DNA of 64,000 bases from Octopus vulgaris (lineage: Eukaryota): NCBI GenBank assembly GCA_951406725.2, contig OX597816.1:51212001-51276000 (forward strand). Reading direction: 5' to 3'. The notes beneath the pieces were generated by a model. It was given only the letters and a program-made list of their open reading frames with translations. It was not told the origin of the DNA and searched no databases. Below, in pieces: positions 1 through 13,385 of this stretch. The position numbers and the translations under genes were made by a program. Each line of letters starts with the position of its first letter. The first letter of the stretch is position 1.

Positions 1-775
1 AAACCTTACAACTCGATTCCAGTTTAACTTCTTCCATGAAATACTAAGGCTACATATATGTTCCTCTATCATTCCTAGGCAATCACCTTTGTCCTTAAGC
101 TATTTACTGTTTATGTGTTTGATTGTACTCTTTAGATATCTTGTATATTTTTATTTAATATCAGTGTGGGTTTCCACATCTTAGCTTTTGCTTGTAAAGT
201 AGCATATTCAACTACGCTTAAAGCCAAAATTTACAACTTTAAACTTATGTTTTTATGTAGTTTACTTAAATATTAGCTATGATAATTAAATCAGTGACAA
301 CCAGCATGTCCAAAACAACCGATGAGGAGAGATTAAATAACATGACTGCTCTTCTTTCATTCATATGTCATGTCCCCACCGCAGGCTATATATTTCATAG
401 CATTAGCTGTGCTGGTGACGGCTGCCACTTAAGGCAAAACGCAACCGTCTGTTTACTCCAGGTAATGCCGTGTCAGTCTTTAAAATTTATTAATATGGAA
501 ATCAATTCTTTTCATCGTGTGGAGTTGGTAACGATTGCCACAAAACTTTCAGCCTACCCTCTCTAGAACAGGATAATCTAAAAATCAAATTTATTTTGAA
601 TGTTATTTACTATAAAATTGTTGCTCAAATAAATGCCATTGACCATATTGATTTATTTCTCGGAGCGCAAATTCGTTTAGACAAGCATAAATCTGCAACC
701 AAATATAAGCAGAGGCATTATAAAATATATATTTATAAAGATATATATATATATGAATCTCTCTCTCCCTCTCTC

Positions 776-818
<43 letters not shown>

Positions 819-882
819 GCAAGCATACGCATGCGCATACATATGTATGAGATTGCGCTTAAGCGAATATATTTAGATATCT

Positions 883-1880
883 AGGCTGACCAAAAAGTAG
901 GTATACACTTTAAAATTGTATTTATATTACCATGTTTAATTTCGTGTGTGCTCGATCTGACTTCCATCGACTATACAACATACACAAAACTGTGAAGGAC
1001 GTTGTTATATTTATTTCATTTTATATTTTTTTTATTTCATACTGTTAATCGTATTCGTTTAATTTATTTATTTTTATTCTAATGCACTACTGGAAGATGG
1101 AAAATGCTGAGCACATGGAAAGCTTTTGACACGATCATATTGAAAACTTTATCTTCTAATAGATAAATTTGAAACATCAGGATTAGTGATTAATGCAGTG
1201 GACGATTCAGGGCGTCTCATATTCGGGTAAATTAGATAAGAGTCGCTATGCTTTGTAAGCGCTGTCCATAAGACATCCCAGCGAGTGCGTGTCAAATGCT
1301 AAACATACAGGAATTTTCTTATCCTGCATAATGCATAAATTTAAATTGAAGCCTAAAGCTCTACGAGAGTCATTTGTTCTTCCGGAAAGCGAGTCAAATT
1401 GTAGGTTTCAATTCTGTGCAATATTGCGTGATGAACAACCTGATGATGGAGAGCTTGATGTGATAATTTAGACAAATCTAACCACGTTTAAGTTGTCGAG
1501 CCACGGGAGCAGGCATAATTGTTTGTATTGGGCAAAGCAAAATCATCATTTGACCTATCACCTATCTGCCGAGCCAGCCTGGAGCCACAGTGTGAAGTGC
1601 ATTGTCCAGTGAAAGAGTTGGAGGGCTGGTTTTTGTTTCATAGAATTGTGGTCGGTAGAATTCACCGAAAAAACGTTGCGTGAGTTGGTCGTGTCACAAC
1701 TCAGAACCAGAGCTATCATTGCTGGAGTGTTCCTCTATCAAGATGACGTGCCTCCTCAGAATACTTTCCTTCAAAACGTGAAATGGGGGACGTGACAGGA
1801 TCGAAAGACCACCGAGATCACCGAAATTAGCACCAACCCACCTCTTTTGCGAGCAAGGGGGAGTGAAAATATAGCTTATG
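883..1880 (+). mobile_element. Degenerate Tc1/mariner DNA transposon (DUF4817-type transposase relic)
   Basis: Broken frames give II*TNLTTFKLSSHGSRHNCLYWAKQNHH (cf. IIFSDEATFHLxGxVNRHNCRYW), FLYQDDVPP (cf. FQQDGAPPH) and GRDRIERPPRSPKLAPTHLF (cf. WPPRSPDLTPLDFF). Ends approximate. Confidence 0.7.
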
Positions 1881-2064
1881 AGAGAAACACATGGACAATA
1901 AATAAATTAAAACAGTTCATCAGCATTTATTGATAGAAAGGTAGGTCAGACTTTGTGTTGTACTGTGTATCGCAGCGTCACAGTGATTAGGACAGATTCA
2001 GGAATGTTGCACAGCCCATTTGTGTATGTGTGTGTGCTTATACGCGTACGCGATTGCATATGTA

Positions 2065-2100
<36 letters not shown>

Positions 2101-2139
2101 ATTTACATATTTATATTAACACACACGCACATACACACA

Positions 2140-2740
2140 CGTCTGTATACTGCTGCCCACTGTGGTCTCCTCACACAAGACAAAACATCTCCAGAATTGA
2201 GTCACCCCAGAGGGCTCTCACTAAACAAATTGAAGGCATGGCTGCTCTCGATTATTGGGATCGCCTTAAAGCCTTGAAACGTTACTCCCTCCAGCGTCGC
2301 CGTGAGCGGTACATCATTTGTACGATGTGGAAAATATACCGCCAACTTTGCCCAAACGACCTAAATATTAGCTTCAAGGTTCATCCAAGACTTGGGCCAC
2401 GGGCTATACGTCCCCTGCCAAATTCAAGATCACAACATACATGTACACTGCAACATAATTTCTTTTCCTCAACAGGCCCTGCCCTATTTAACATTGTCCC
2501 GAGGGAGATCAAAGAGGAAAAGGATCCCATCAACTTTAAACAGAGTCTGGATAGATTCCTTCAAAGAATACCAGATAAGCCACCCATAATTGGATACAAC
2601 TCCCCCAACAAGAACTCACTACTTGAACAAAACTTGACTTAAACAGGATTCGAATAATCCTATCAGGTGGTGCTATTAAGTTAGACATGGCCTGGACCAA
2701 TCTCTGGTCGAAACATATCTAAGTTTTATCTAAGTTTTAT
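2140..2740 (+). mobile_element. 5'-truncated CR1/L2-group LINE 3' end (ORF2 C-terminus plus 3'UTR)
   Basis: YCCPLWSPH..NISRIESPQRALTK..LDYWDRLKALKRYSLQRRRERY post-RT motif, stop at 2642, ends in a (CTAAGTTTTAT)x2 tandem tail. Confidence 0.8.
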
Positions 2741-3657
2741 TTATATATATCATACCTATGCATTTGAATGTTAACTTTACAAGTGTTTGAATTGTTCATT
2801 TGTTACTGATTTTCATATTTTCAGTGTGTCTAACGTTTTAACACATCTTTATATATTTTTCTTGAGAATAATTTATGCGTACTGATATCCTCTGCCTTCA
2901 TTTTGAATATTCATAGTCCTCTTTCCTTATGTTTTATTTTTCATTCGTTTTGTTTTGTTTTATTTGTTTATATGCATTTTCCACTCGGTATTCCTGTGCT
3001 ATATAATTTTCCTTTGTTCAAAATGTTACCGTAAATTAACCTAACTTGGCTGTCGCGTTTTATTGCATAACTTAATGTCTACTTCGTTCTCTATATCTTC
3101 TAGCATACCCTCGACACCAAAGTTGATTATTTTTTGCCCACCTCGAGACACTATTAAGCTTCATTGTCTTTTGTACTTCTCCTCCCCACTGCCTAGCTTT
3201 TTATCCTTCGTTAACTGACTTCAGTAAACATGTTCCGATTTCCATTCATTGGCTATTTGCGTACAAGTGATTCATCTCCATCGTCAGTTAATTAGATTGA
3301 TTTTTATTTTTCAATTTTCTATGTGTACTGTGGTTAAAATCATGAATCATTTGCTCGTCACCTGGTGATGGTGCAAATAACTCAAACGTAAACGGAGCTG
3401 AGGCGTAACGAAACGACTTTTATACGTTATAAACTTTTCTTCGCATATGCTGTAATTTTAGTTGCTAATCAGTGAGGTATATACTCACTACCAGCGTATG
3501 GAAATTTAATATGATTTGAATATGGGATCAAGTGTATAATATGCAATTATTATTAACTTTTCTTTATCGTATATTCGATAGATTTTGTCATCAATACTAG
3601 CTGTATACAGACTTGAAGCTGACTAACTACCTATTCCAGAATTTTTCTGATCTTACC

Positions 3658-3723
<66 letters not shown>

Positions 3724-3791
3724 GTATATATATAACTATATATATATATATATATGTATACACACACACACAAACACACACACATACATAC

Positions 3792-3847
<56 letters not shown>

Positions 3848-3850
<3 letters not shown>

Positions 3851-4052
3851 ATCAAAACATGAAAACACAGAGAGAAAACACAACAACGCGAGGACGTGGA
3901 ACTTGTATAGTGTTATTGGACGCTCAGGAAAGGAAAGAAAGACGGAGGATTTAATGTTTCGAGCGGGGCTCTTCTTCAAAAACAGAAAAAGGAAAGGTCC
4001 AAGGAAGGGAAGACGGAGGAACAAAAATCGCCAACGATACACATGGAGTCAC
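3848..4052 (-). mobile_element. PLE terminal-repeat fragment with degenerate minimal HHR (3949-3983)
   Basis: Minus strand gttt-TTGAAGA-a-gagc-ccc-gctc-GAAAC-ATT-aaat. Same family as 27380-27580; abuts (TA)n. Confidence 0.6.
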
Positions 4053-4067
4053 ATATATATACATATA

Positions 4068-5700
4068 CAGATCTCACAGAAATATGTACACCCCTAAACA
4101 ATTTCAGTAAAATTGCCGTTACACTAATAATATTGAAGGAAATCGGACGAAATTTATACTGAATAAAATATATTATACATGCAAATATTATTCAAATTTG
4201 GAACGCAGACAATAAACATTGTCAAAGATATGAACGAAATATTAATTTTCAGACGTTACAAAAATACGTACACCCTAATCGAAATTTGTTATATTCAATA
4301 TTTTATTCATTTTTTATTTTTACTAAATTAAGATATTGCTGATAATTTCAGTTCTAATAAATTATTTCTCCTGGAATTTTTGAACCGGTCATTATTGCAT
4401 CTGCTGGAATTCTGAATTGTTTAACGTGGTGAAAATCTCCTTCATTGTGATTAAAATGGCATCAAAAGGAAACTAATTGTCTGAAGACGTGAAGAAAATT
4501 ATTTTTAATTTGCACAAGAGTGGTTTAGAATACAATTTCATTAGTAAACGAATACATATTAGAAGTACAAATCTATTGGACGGCAAGCAATAAACATAAT
4601 CCAGGTCGTTCTTCCATTTTAACTCTGCTTGATATTCGCCACATCCTACGTTGCGTGATGGACGACAGGCATCGTATCCCTTTATCTTTGTCCCAAGAAG
4701 TGTCTTCTTTTAGTGGAAATAATCTGCCCAAACAGCTCACGAAATTTTCAACTAATGTGGTCTTCATGGGTGCATTCCACGTAGGAAGTCTCTCCTCACT
4801 ACCAGGCATAAATAAAGTCGTCTTTCTTTTGAAACTTTATGCGTGATTATATCTTCTGTCTTCATTTTGAGTCTTCATAGTCCTCTTTCATTATGTTTTT
4901 TTTTTCATTCATTTTATTTTCTCTTTTATCTGTTTATATGCATTTTTCACTCGGTAGTCCTGTGCTATATAATTCTCCTTTGTTCAAAATGTAAGTGGAA
5001 GGAGTTTCGGAATTTTATTTTTTTTCTGACTTGAAGAAAATCAACTTGTTTCGGCCAGATATTATTAAACGAGTGTGGCGACGACCAGGTGAAGATGATA
5101 ACGACAAATGCACCGTGCCTGCATTGAAACACGGCGGCGGAACTCTTATACTTTTGGGGGTGCATGAGTGCTGCTGGTGTGGGAGGACTCACATTAATTG
5201 AGAGAAAAGAGATTCAAGGCTTTATTGTGACATATTGAGCAAAACAATCCATTTAGGTAAAATGTTAAAGGTGCTGTCTTGGCCTGCTATGTCACCTGAT
5301 TTAAACCCAACAGAACGTATGTGGTGTGTTTTGAAAACGAGGGTTGAGGAGAAGAAAAACCCGCAGCGTAACACAGTTGAATGACATCATTCAGGATAAA
5401 TGGAGGTAGATTTCATCGGTATAAGCAGAAACGTACTCGAGTCTATGCTCTTAATGCATTAATGCAGTCATTGATAGCAAATAAAACTTTAAGGTGTATA
5501 TATATGTGTATTGTTGGAAAATTAATACTGCTTTCATATCTTTGAAAACGTCTATTGTTTTGCGTTCCAAATTTGTATAATGTGTGCATGTAGAATATAT
5601 TTTATTCAGTATAACTTCCGTCTGATGTCCTTCGAATTATCAGAGTAATGGCAATTTCACTGAAAATGTTGGGGCGTGTACATACTTCTGTAAGATACTG
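4068..5700 (+). mobile_element. Full-length fossil Tc1 (DD34E) transposon with ~200-bp IR/DR-type terminal inverted repeats
   Basis: TA-flanked TIRs cagatctcacagaaatatgtacaccc / rc cagtatcttacagaagtatgtacacgccc, alignable for about 200 bp, inner DR at ~4257-4277. Transposase relics MASKGN*LSEDVKKIIFNLHKSGLEY, RVWRRPGE..CTVPALKHGGG, WPAMSPDLNPTERMW. Confidence 0.9.
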
Positions 5701-5733
5701 TATGTATGTATGTATGTATGTATGTATGTATAT

Positions 5734-5768
<35 letters not shown>

Positions 5769-6659
5769 AATATATATATACATACACATATACACATATA
5801 TATATATATATGTATATATATGTACATGCCATACATATATACATATATACATGTATGTTTATACATAGAAAGAGACAGAGAGACAGAGACAAACAGAGAG
5901 AGTAATAAAAGTAAGAATTATTCCGAAGTAGCAATAGCATTATCTTATATATACATACATTTATTTGTGTGTGTGTGAATGTGTGTGTACGTAGAGGTGG
6001 AGAGAGAGGGGGGAGGGAGGGAGATGCAAATAGATACATACATGCATACAACAATGCATTTAGAGATAGATATAATATCATATATACGCTTTTGAAGCAT
6101 GAGTTTTGTTAATATGTGTCTGAGCGAAATATTAGATATATGCTGCTCTTTATCTTCTTTTCCTAATATAGGAACCACCGTATTTACATTATTGTCGCAA
6201 TTTCATTATTATATAACTACATATACTTTATTGACACATGGCGAACAATTTAAAATATCCGTATAACATTGTAAAAATAAAAAAAAACAGCAATACCACA
6301 GTTCCCAAAAATAATAAATGTGAGCAGTTTTAGTAAAGATATAGTTGTACATCTGTTAGCTAATTCGCAAATCCATTACTCAGAGTTACTGAAAAGAGAG
6401 TGGTATCACATTGCTTGGAAACAGTAAACAGCGTGTATGTCATTGTCCTGGTAACCTTGATATAGTGATGAATAACAGAAATTGGAAATATATTATTACT
6501 CGTCAATTTATAGAACTTAGATAAATATGGTTTAGTTATATACAGCGTCTTCAGCCAATTTTACAATGAAACGTAAACACGATTATAGTAGCAAGACTAG
6601 ATTGTAATTATATTTCCCCGTATCTCCATCTTAGCAGATATATGTTATTTTATACTAAA

Positions 6660-7096
6660 CTAGCAGTATAGCCCGGCGTTGCTCGGGTTTGTTTTTGGTT
6701 GCGCTTAAAACGGCAGACTTTGATGTCGCGTTAACAAAGTTTTGACATAGTTTCAATCGTTTTTGAAAAGTAAAACTTTTGCATTATGTAGCTTGTTATT
6801 CTCTTTAACTGAACATTTTTCTGGTTGAAATATACTGAAAAATGGCAAACACAGCAGTCAAAAGATCGTAAAAAATAGGAATTTTCATAGAAAAAAAAAG
6901 CACCTTTTTGATCTAAATAATTTTTGGTTTTAACATGGTCCGATTTGAATTGTTTCTTCTACGGAATGAAGAGCAATCATACTCTCAATTTTGTTCAACT
7001 TGCGCCGCAGGGTCTCGGAGGAGATACTGTTCGTTGGAAGGCTACCAAACCTGCCACACACGCACACACAGACAAATTCAGCTTTATATGTGTAGA
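6660..7096 (-). mobile_element. Non-autonomous Helitron (437 bp)
   Basis: Minus strand starts A|TCtacacatataaag and ends ...cccgagcaacgccgggctatactgCTAG|T: 5'-TC, 3'-CTAG, subterminal GC hairpin (6672-6687), AT target, no TSD. Confidence 0.85.
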
Positions 7097-7579
7097 TGAC
7101 AAAAAATTGCGAATGCGCACTTATCACACAGACAGTACCAACCTCATAGGTATACCCAAATGCACATACACATACATCAAATAAACATGTGCATAGCGTT
7201 TGCATATGTGCATGTATGCTTTCATAAGTATGCAGAACAGTTTCATAAAGAAGGCGTGCGTAACAAAACCTCATAAAAGCAATTAAATTTTAAGTTTAAA
7301 TCAACAAGACAAAATAGATTATTTACTAATGGCATTCCAGTAAAACTATGTTTGCAGGCCGGTATCTGTATGATTGTGCATTACTTGTTAAAGCACAAAC
7401 ATATGTAGGTGTGCGTCTCTGTGTTTGTATGTGAGCGTGTAAATATATATATATATATATATATGTCTGTCTATTTATGTATATATATATATATATGTGT
7501 TTGTGTGTACGTATACTTTTATACTCAGAGAAAATCATATCTTCTATTCATATGTAACTATAGATATAAATGCATTTTC

Positions 7580-7635
<56 letters not shown>

Positions 7636-7659
7636 ATATATACATATACATCCACATAG

Positions 7660-7696
<37 letters not shown>

Positions 7697-8040
7697 AATA
7701 TACATATATAAGTCTACGTGTGTGTGTTTGCGTATATGCTTGTATGTGTATGTGTGTGCGTTTGTATTTGTAAATTGGTATTTGTGTATTTACGCAGATC
7801 GTATGAGTAGGTACGGTAAAAACAGAACGTGCGAGAAAATATATAACGCTTAATTGGGTGCTACATATATCATTTCCCCCTTTAAAATGCAATCAATATA
7901 CAATCATACATCACGATGCATCGATCAATGTTCAACATAAAATCTATTAACGATTATGCACATTCAATATGGCAAGCATTCAACAGTAATTTGAGGAACA
8001 GATGCATATATGTGGCTGTGTGCGTGTATATGTGTGCGTA

Positions 8041-8075
<35 letters not shown>

Positions 8076-8274
8076 GTACAAACATAGTACAACGGTGATG
8101 GCAACTTCTGCTGCAGTTTAAAGTACTTGCTGTGGCATTCAATTAATTTTACCATAAAATCTAATAAAATAAATTATGTCTATGTGTCTGCATTTGTGTA
8201 TGTGTGCGTACGTGTAAATGCACGTACGTATACTTAGCATACACTTCATTTACGTCTGCTTTGAAATTCAAATG

Positions 8275-8331
<57 letters not shown>

Positions 8332-8362
8332 TGTGTATGTGTGTGTATGTGTTGAAATACAA

Positions 8363-8403
<41 letters not shown>

Positions 8404-8442
8404 GTGTGTGTGTATATATATATGTATATATATATACATACA

Positions 8443-8490
<48 letters not shown>

Positions 8491-9089
8491 TATGTGTGTG
8501 TGTGTATGTAATTATTTGTACACGCACACAGACATTCATACACATATTTCATATTCATGAATCACATACCAGAGAACCGGAGGAAAAATAGGGGCATTGT
8601 CTGTGTTTACAAAATCGCTACTTCACAGGTGTATTATTCAGATATTTTAGATTTTAGATTTATATCTTCCTAAATAAATAAATAAAAAAAAAGAAGAAAG
8701 AACTAAATTTAATAAATTTATATTGTGATGAGAAATTCAGTTAGGTCACTAGGACTTGTAAGATATATGCTATTCGAATAAATAGAGCGTTTAAATTGTA
8801 TCTTAACACAATGAAGCGTTCGTGTATTTATGTGTTTCTGTATTGTTTGCTTTTATAGAGATTTAAAATATTGCGTGTCTGCCAAAAATCTATCCGTTTC
8901 GGTTTTCACTGAGTATTTACTTTAAATATGAGTATTATGCTACAAAAGGGAACACACAGAATTATTACCCATCCATAGATTGTTCACCGCCACTTAGGAT
9001 TCAGACGATGTTAGTAGCTTAGAATATTTCAGTTGGCAGTTCATACATGTTTGTTGTATTTTATGCATCTGAAGACAAAACTTGGCGGT

Positions 9090-10575
9090 GTGAATATATT
9101 CCGTCTAGGATTATATTTAAAAAGCAGTGTGATGGGCAAAAACTTAACAATTACATCCCACTTCTTTGGGTCATTTTTTTCATCAGTACCAAACCCCACC
9201 CGGCTCACAGACCTACGAATACTCCTATTCTGCTGCCAGTTAATGTAGACGCATGTTACTAGGTGCCCAATGCCTGGCATACTATAATAGAGTTCCTAGG
9301 GAAGACTTGTCTTCACCGCAGTCCGGCAATACCTCCCCTATCTCCGCAGCTGTGATCTGCCCTTCACAGCATTTTTTCTGAGTAGAAATGCAGCTCCACC
9401 TTCCGCTCCTGTAGAAAAATTTCTCGAAGCCATTTAGGAGTGGGAAAAAAGCCCGCAGTCCATACGGTTTGGCCTGTAGGACGTCTTGTATTTTTTCTCT
9501 GAGTTCAGTGTTATTCACAGTAATTGCGGTTAGATTTATTATTGTTTTGGGTTGTTGTGGGAGGGGAGTTTAGGATTCCTGTGTGCTTGTGGTGGGTGCG
9601 TGTGTGTTCGTATCTGTGTGTGTGTTCGTATCTGTGTGTGTGGGGAGATTTTCTCTGCTTCTACTTTTTTTGAGAGGGGGCTACAATTTTCCAGTCTTCT
9701 TCTGTAGTGGTATGTTGGGTGGCGGTTGATTGAGTAGTGGTTGGATCAGTGATGGTTGGTTGTTTCTGTCTAGTCACTCCGGCTCCTTCCTTGGGGGGGG
9801 GGTTGTTCATTCTTGTTTGTTGTTTTTTCTTGTATAGGGTTAGATGGTGGAGAGAGTGTGGTTGGAGGTAGGCATTTAGCTCTGCTGTGACCCATCTGAG
9901 CACACTTATAGCAGCAAGACCTTCGATCTTCCACCTTAACCCTCGACCCCTATGATAACTTCATCTGCAATTTCTTCCAAATCCGAAGTGATAGAGTTTT
10001 GTCTCGTTTTCTCCTCTGTTTGAAACCGAACTTCAACGTTCGCGAATTTTTTCTACCTCTCGCCACATACGGTGTCTCCTGCCAGATAGGCTGGTGGTAT
10101 TTCCTTTTGCTTCCTTAGAAGCTATATTTATATTTGTTTTGTTTTCACCGAAAAATGTCTTATAAATTATTGCTCTCGTTTTTGTAGTGTGTGTAATGTC
10201 GCCTTGTGGTGTCAGCTTTACATTGTTCTCCTACTTTTATAGAAAGCAATTGTATTTATCCAATTCGTTGATATTCATGTTTACAGTTTTGCTATTAATG
10301 ATAGCTATTGCTGAGAAATTTACAGTACTTTAGATTCTGGTAGTCCTGTCTTCATTTGTACATTGTCCTTTTTTTTTCTCTTTTTGGGGGTATTCAGTGA
10401 CTCCGGGAATATTTCATCCACTAATTTAGGAAGTTCGCCATGGTGGACGTTTTTGGACGCTAACGTTGCTCACTTTTTTTTATCAAAAAATAATAATAAA
10501 AAGTTTCGCCCCTTTAAAAGGGGGAAAATCGCGAAAAATAAATCTGCTAGTAGCAGCACGTGTGTTGTAATGACA
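9090..10575 (-). mobile_element. Decayed L1/Tx1-like LINE (ORF1-like region joined to RT N-terminus)
   Basis: CEGQITAAEIGEVLPDCGEDKS and VYINWQQNRSIRRSVSRV..KNDPKKWDVIVKFLPITLL resemble L1/Tx1 pre-RT and RT domain-0 motifs; Thr-rich ORF1-like stretch upstream (9661-9903). Confidence 0.6.
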
Positions 10576-11059
10576 CCAAAACAAACAAATATTAATACAA
10601 CAAGAAGAATGTAACAATACCTATCATTCTCTCACGAAGCACAACTGCACTCTCCAGTATGGTTAAACAAAAATCATAGAGGGAGAAGCTTGTGTGAACA
10701 TATCAGTGACAGAAATGAATAACAAAGAATTAATAAAATAGAAAGAAAACGATAAAAATAAAATATAATAAAATTAAATAACAAAACACTGAATAATGCA
10801 ATAATAAAATAAATAAGAATAAAATAATAAAATAGATAAAAAATATAGACAATTAAAATATGATAAATAGATAAAACAAAAGAATCAAAATAAACAAGTA
10901 CAACAGTAACAGAAATAAACGAATATATAAACTAATAAAAAATGAATTAAATATAACGGAATAAAAAATAAAAGAATAAATGATAAGAGTTACAAGTAAT
11001 AAATTAATTAATAAAATAATAAAAATGAGATAGAGTAAAAAATTATTTTCTGAGGAAGG

Positions 11060-11880
11060 TGTAGGAACACTGATTGACAGGTGGGAGTTGTGATGAGTCC
11101 GAAAGGAGTTTGGGTGTGTAGAGCAAAATGTAATTCTTTTCGAGGCGGAGTCAAGAGATGATGGAACTATTGTGTCGTCCAAGACTGAAGACGGTGATTT
11201 TTGCGGTGGAGTGGTTGACCAAGCGAAAATGATGGGCGACGTGAGTGTTCGTACGTAAATGAACATCTTATAGATGTTTGCTCAACCGGTCAGCTAGCCG
11301 GCGGCCCGTCTGACCAACGTAAATATTTTTGCAGAGATTACTCCTGATGCAGTAAGTAAGGCTGGAAGAAGTGCAGGAGAAGGAGTTCCTAATATAGAGG
11401 GCATGCTTTTTGGATCTGGTGAGGAGGTGATGTGAGAGAAGAAGTGTGGCAACGGGATCTGGAGCAAGGGAAGGATCCGGGTTGGGCTTGAATGGGTGGG
11501 GGAGGGTGCTTAGGACCAGGAAATTGCGTAGGTTATGGGCGCGTTTGAAGAAGGGCAATGGGAAAAAATAGGAAGTGTGGTGGTATCTAGCTGGAGGCAA
11601 CGAAAGTCCCGTGGGATCCTCCAACGAGGGGCAGGGTGGAGGGGTGGAAAACGTAGGGAAGAGGATACAGTTGGGAAGAGGGTATGGCACGTTTGGTGTG
11701 AGAGAGATGGGAGGAGGAAAAGTTCAGGTAGAGTTGGGAGTCCGTGGGTTTGAGGAAGGCAGAGTTGGTGAGATTGTGGGAGAGGAGATTACTGGAGGGA
11801 TATCCAAGAATTTTATAGAAGTATCAGAGATGTTAGAGGTAAATTGGAAAGAAGGATGAAAGTTAGAAACGAAAGAGACA
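11060..11880 (-). mobile_element. Penelope-like element fragment (RT C-terminus plus GIY-YIG endonuclease)
   Basis: PSFQFTSNISDTSIKFLDI, TKRAIPSSQ and FSCTSSSLTYCIRSNLCKNIYVGQTGRRLADRLSKHL (GIY-YIG). Confidence 0.85.
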
Positions 11881-12053
11881 TATTATATTTATAACCCAAA
11901 ATAAACTCTCACATATCATTAAATAATATACATCATACCTATTGAGCCATTGGTGCATGACTACATTAATTAAATTAAAATCATATCAAAATCTTATCTA
12001 GCTAAAACGCTTCCTACTTCGTTGACAATTACCTAACTTCTAAATTGTTTCAA

Positions 12054-12110
12054 GTTTACGAAAAGTTTTACGTTTACAAAAAGTTTTACGTTACGAAAAC
12101 TTATACGTTT
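12054..12110. repeat. ~18-bp minisatellite x3 (gtttacgaaaagttttac)
   Basis: Three imperfect tandem units read directly. Confidence 0.7.
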
Positions 12111-12894
12111 AAGAAGTGCAGATGCCCTCAAAAATTGTTCCCTCATTTCCGAGTTGAAACTTCGCATTAGATGGCACCTTTCGCAATGTAATAATTATTT
12201 TCCCTCGTCTATCTATCTCACCGCTACAGTTAAATTATTATATGTGCGATGTTGAATTTAAGTATATTTTACAATATCATGTTTATAACAAAAATTTGTT
12301 GTTTCAAATGCACAGTAATCTAAATCACTTCAGCAAATTAAATAGAAAGTGTTAATGCAATATATTCATTTTAAATATAAAGTAATCGATATATTGTAGA
12401 ATATATATAATTTCTTTTTTTTTCTTTCTAATCAACAAGTTTCAATAACTGTAATAATGTTCGAAAATTGCCTGTCGATAATGCATTATTTATTTGTTTA
12501 AACATCATCCTACGATTTACTGATAACAGTTTGATATTTTCTTTTTCTTTGAAACTGTAATTGCTATTAGCGACCTGAACAATGATATTAATAACATGTC
12601 GATTTCAGCTCATTAGAACTCAACTTTTTGTTTCCGTTATTTATAACAATCGCAGATTATGGCTCATAATATTTCGGTTTCAAACGAGAGCAATATATAT
12701 ACGTATCCTAGGGTTATTTTACGCAGGATACACTGTTGGACCTACATGATAAAAAGCGACTCAGACAACCGAAATTATTTGCGCACCGATTGTAAATCAT
12801 ATTTCTGTTTTTAGTGTTAGTTAGTCATCTTCCAGTAATCCTATTATCAGAGGAATTTCAACCGTGTTTTGTGTTCTGCTAACACAACAGCTCC

Positions 12895-13385
12895 TTTATA
12901 GGATCCAGTTAGCTCCAGACATCAGGAGAAACCACGTCCAGTTTCGGCTCTTATTCATCTACCGTTTTCACGTGGCGGGGCCCCCTTTCTGAGGTGTCTT
13001 CAGCTCTGGTGTTGGGTGCATGTCATCTTTCTTCTTTCTTCTGTTCCCTGGCCTCTTCGATGTAGCGTAAAGGAGTGTCAGCGGGCGACTGACTGTCTTA
13101 TCAATTTTTTTCCTTTAAATACCTGCTGCAAGTTGTCACGTCACACTGTCTCAAATTTAACTAACCAATTAAGGTGCGTAGTCTCAGCCCACGTATTCCC
13201 TAAACGATACTATCATCTGTCAATCATCGAAGCTAATTCAGTGTCCGCTTGTCTCACCTAGTGATGTTATTTTCCGCCGGCATGTTATGACTATCAAGGT
13301 ATTTTTGGTCTTCCCGCTTCAGCCATATATAGAAGCTGGCTTTTTCGACCGTCTCTTGTAATCTCCTTATTAGTTTTCTCATTCG
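12895..13385 (-). mobile_element. 3' fragment of an RLE-type (HERO/NeSL-like) non-LTR retrotransposon
   Basis: Minus frame MRKLIRRLQETVEKASFYIWLKRED resembles the C-terminal 'AEKASxWxWLKR' motif of such elements, followed by a GC-richer UTR. Confidence 0.45.

Noticed and set aside
3355-3420. CTGGTGA...GAAACGAC as a hammerhead; similar weak hits at 24510-24540, 36100-36145 and 47465-47490
   Set aside because: Cores or stems are too degenerate or truncated to call.
12930-13010. CTGAAGA...GAAA on the minus strand as a hammerhead
   Set aside because: Stems I-III could not be closed.
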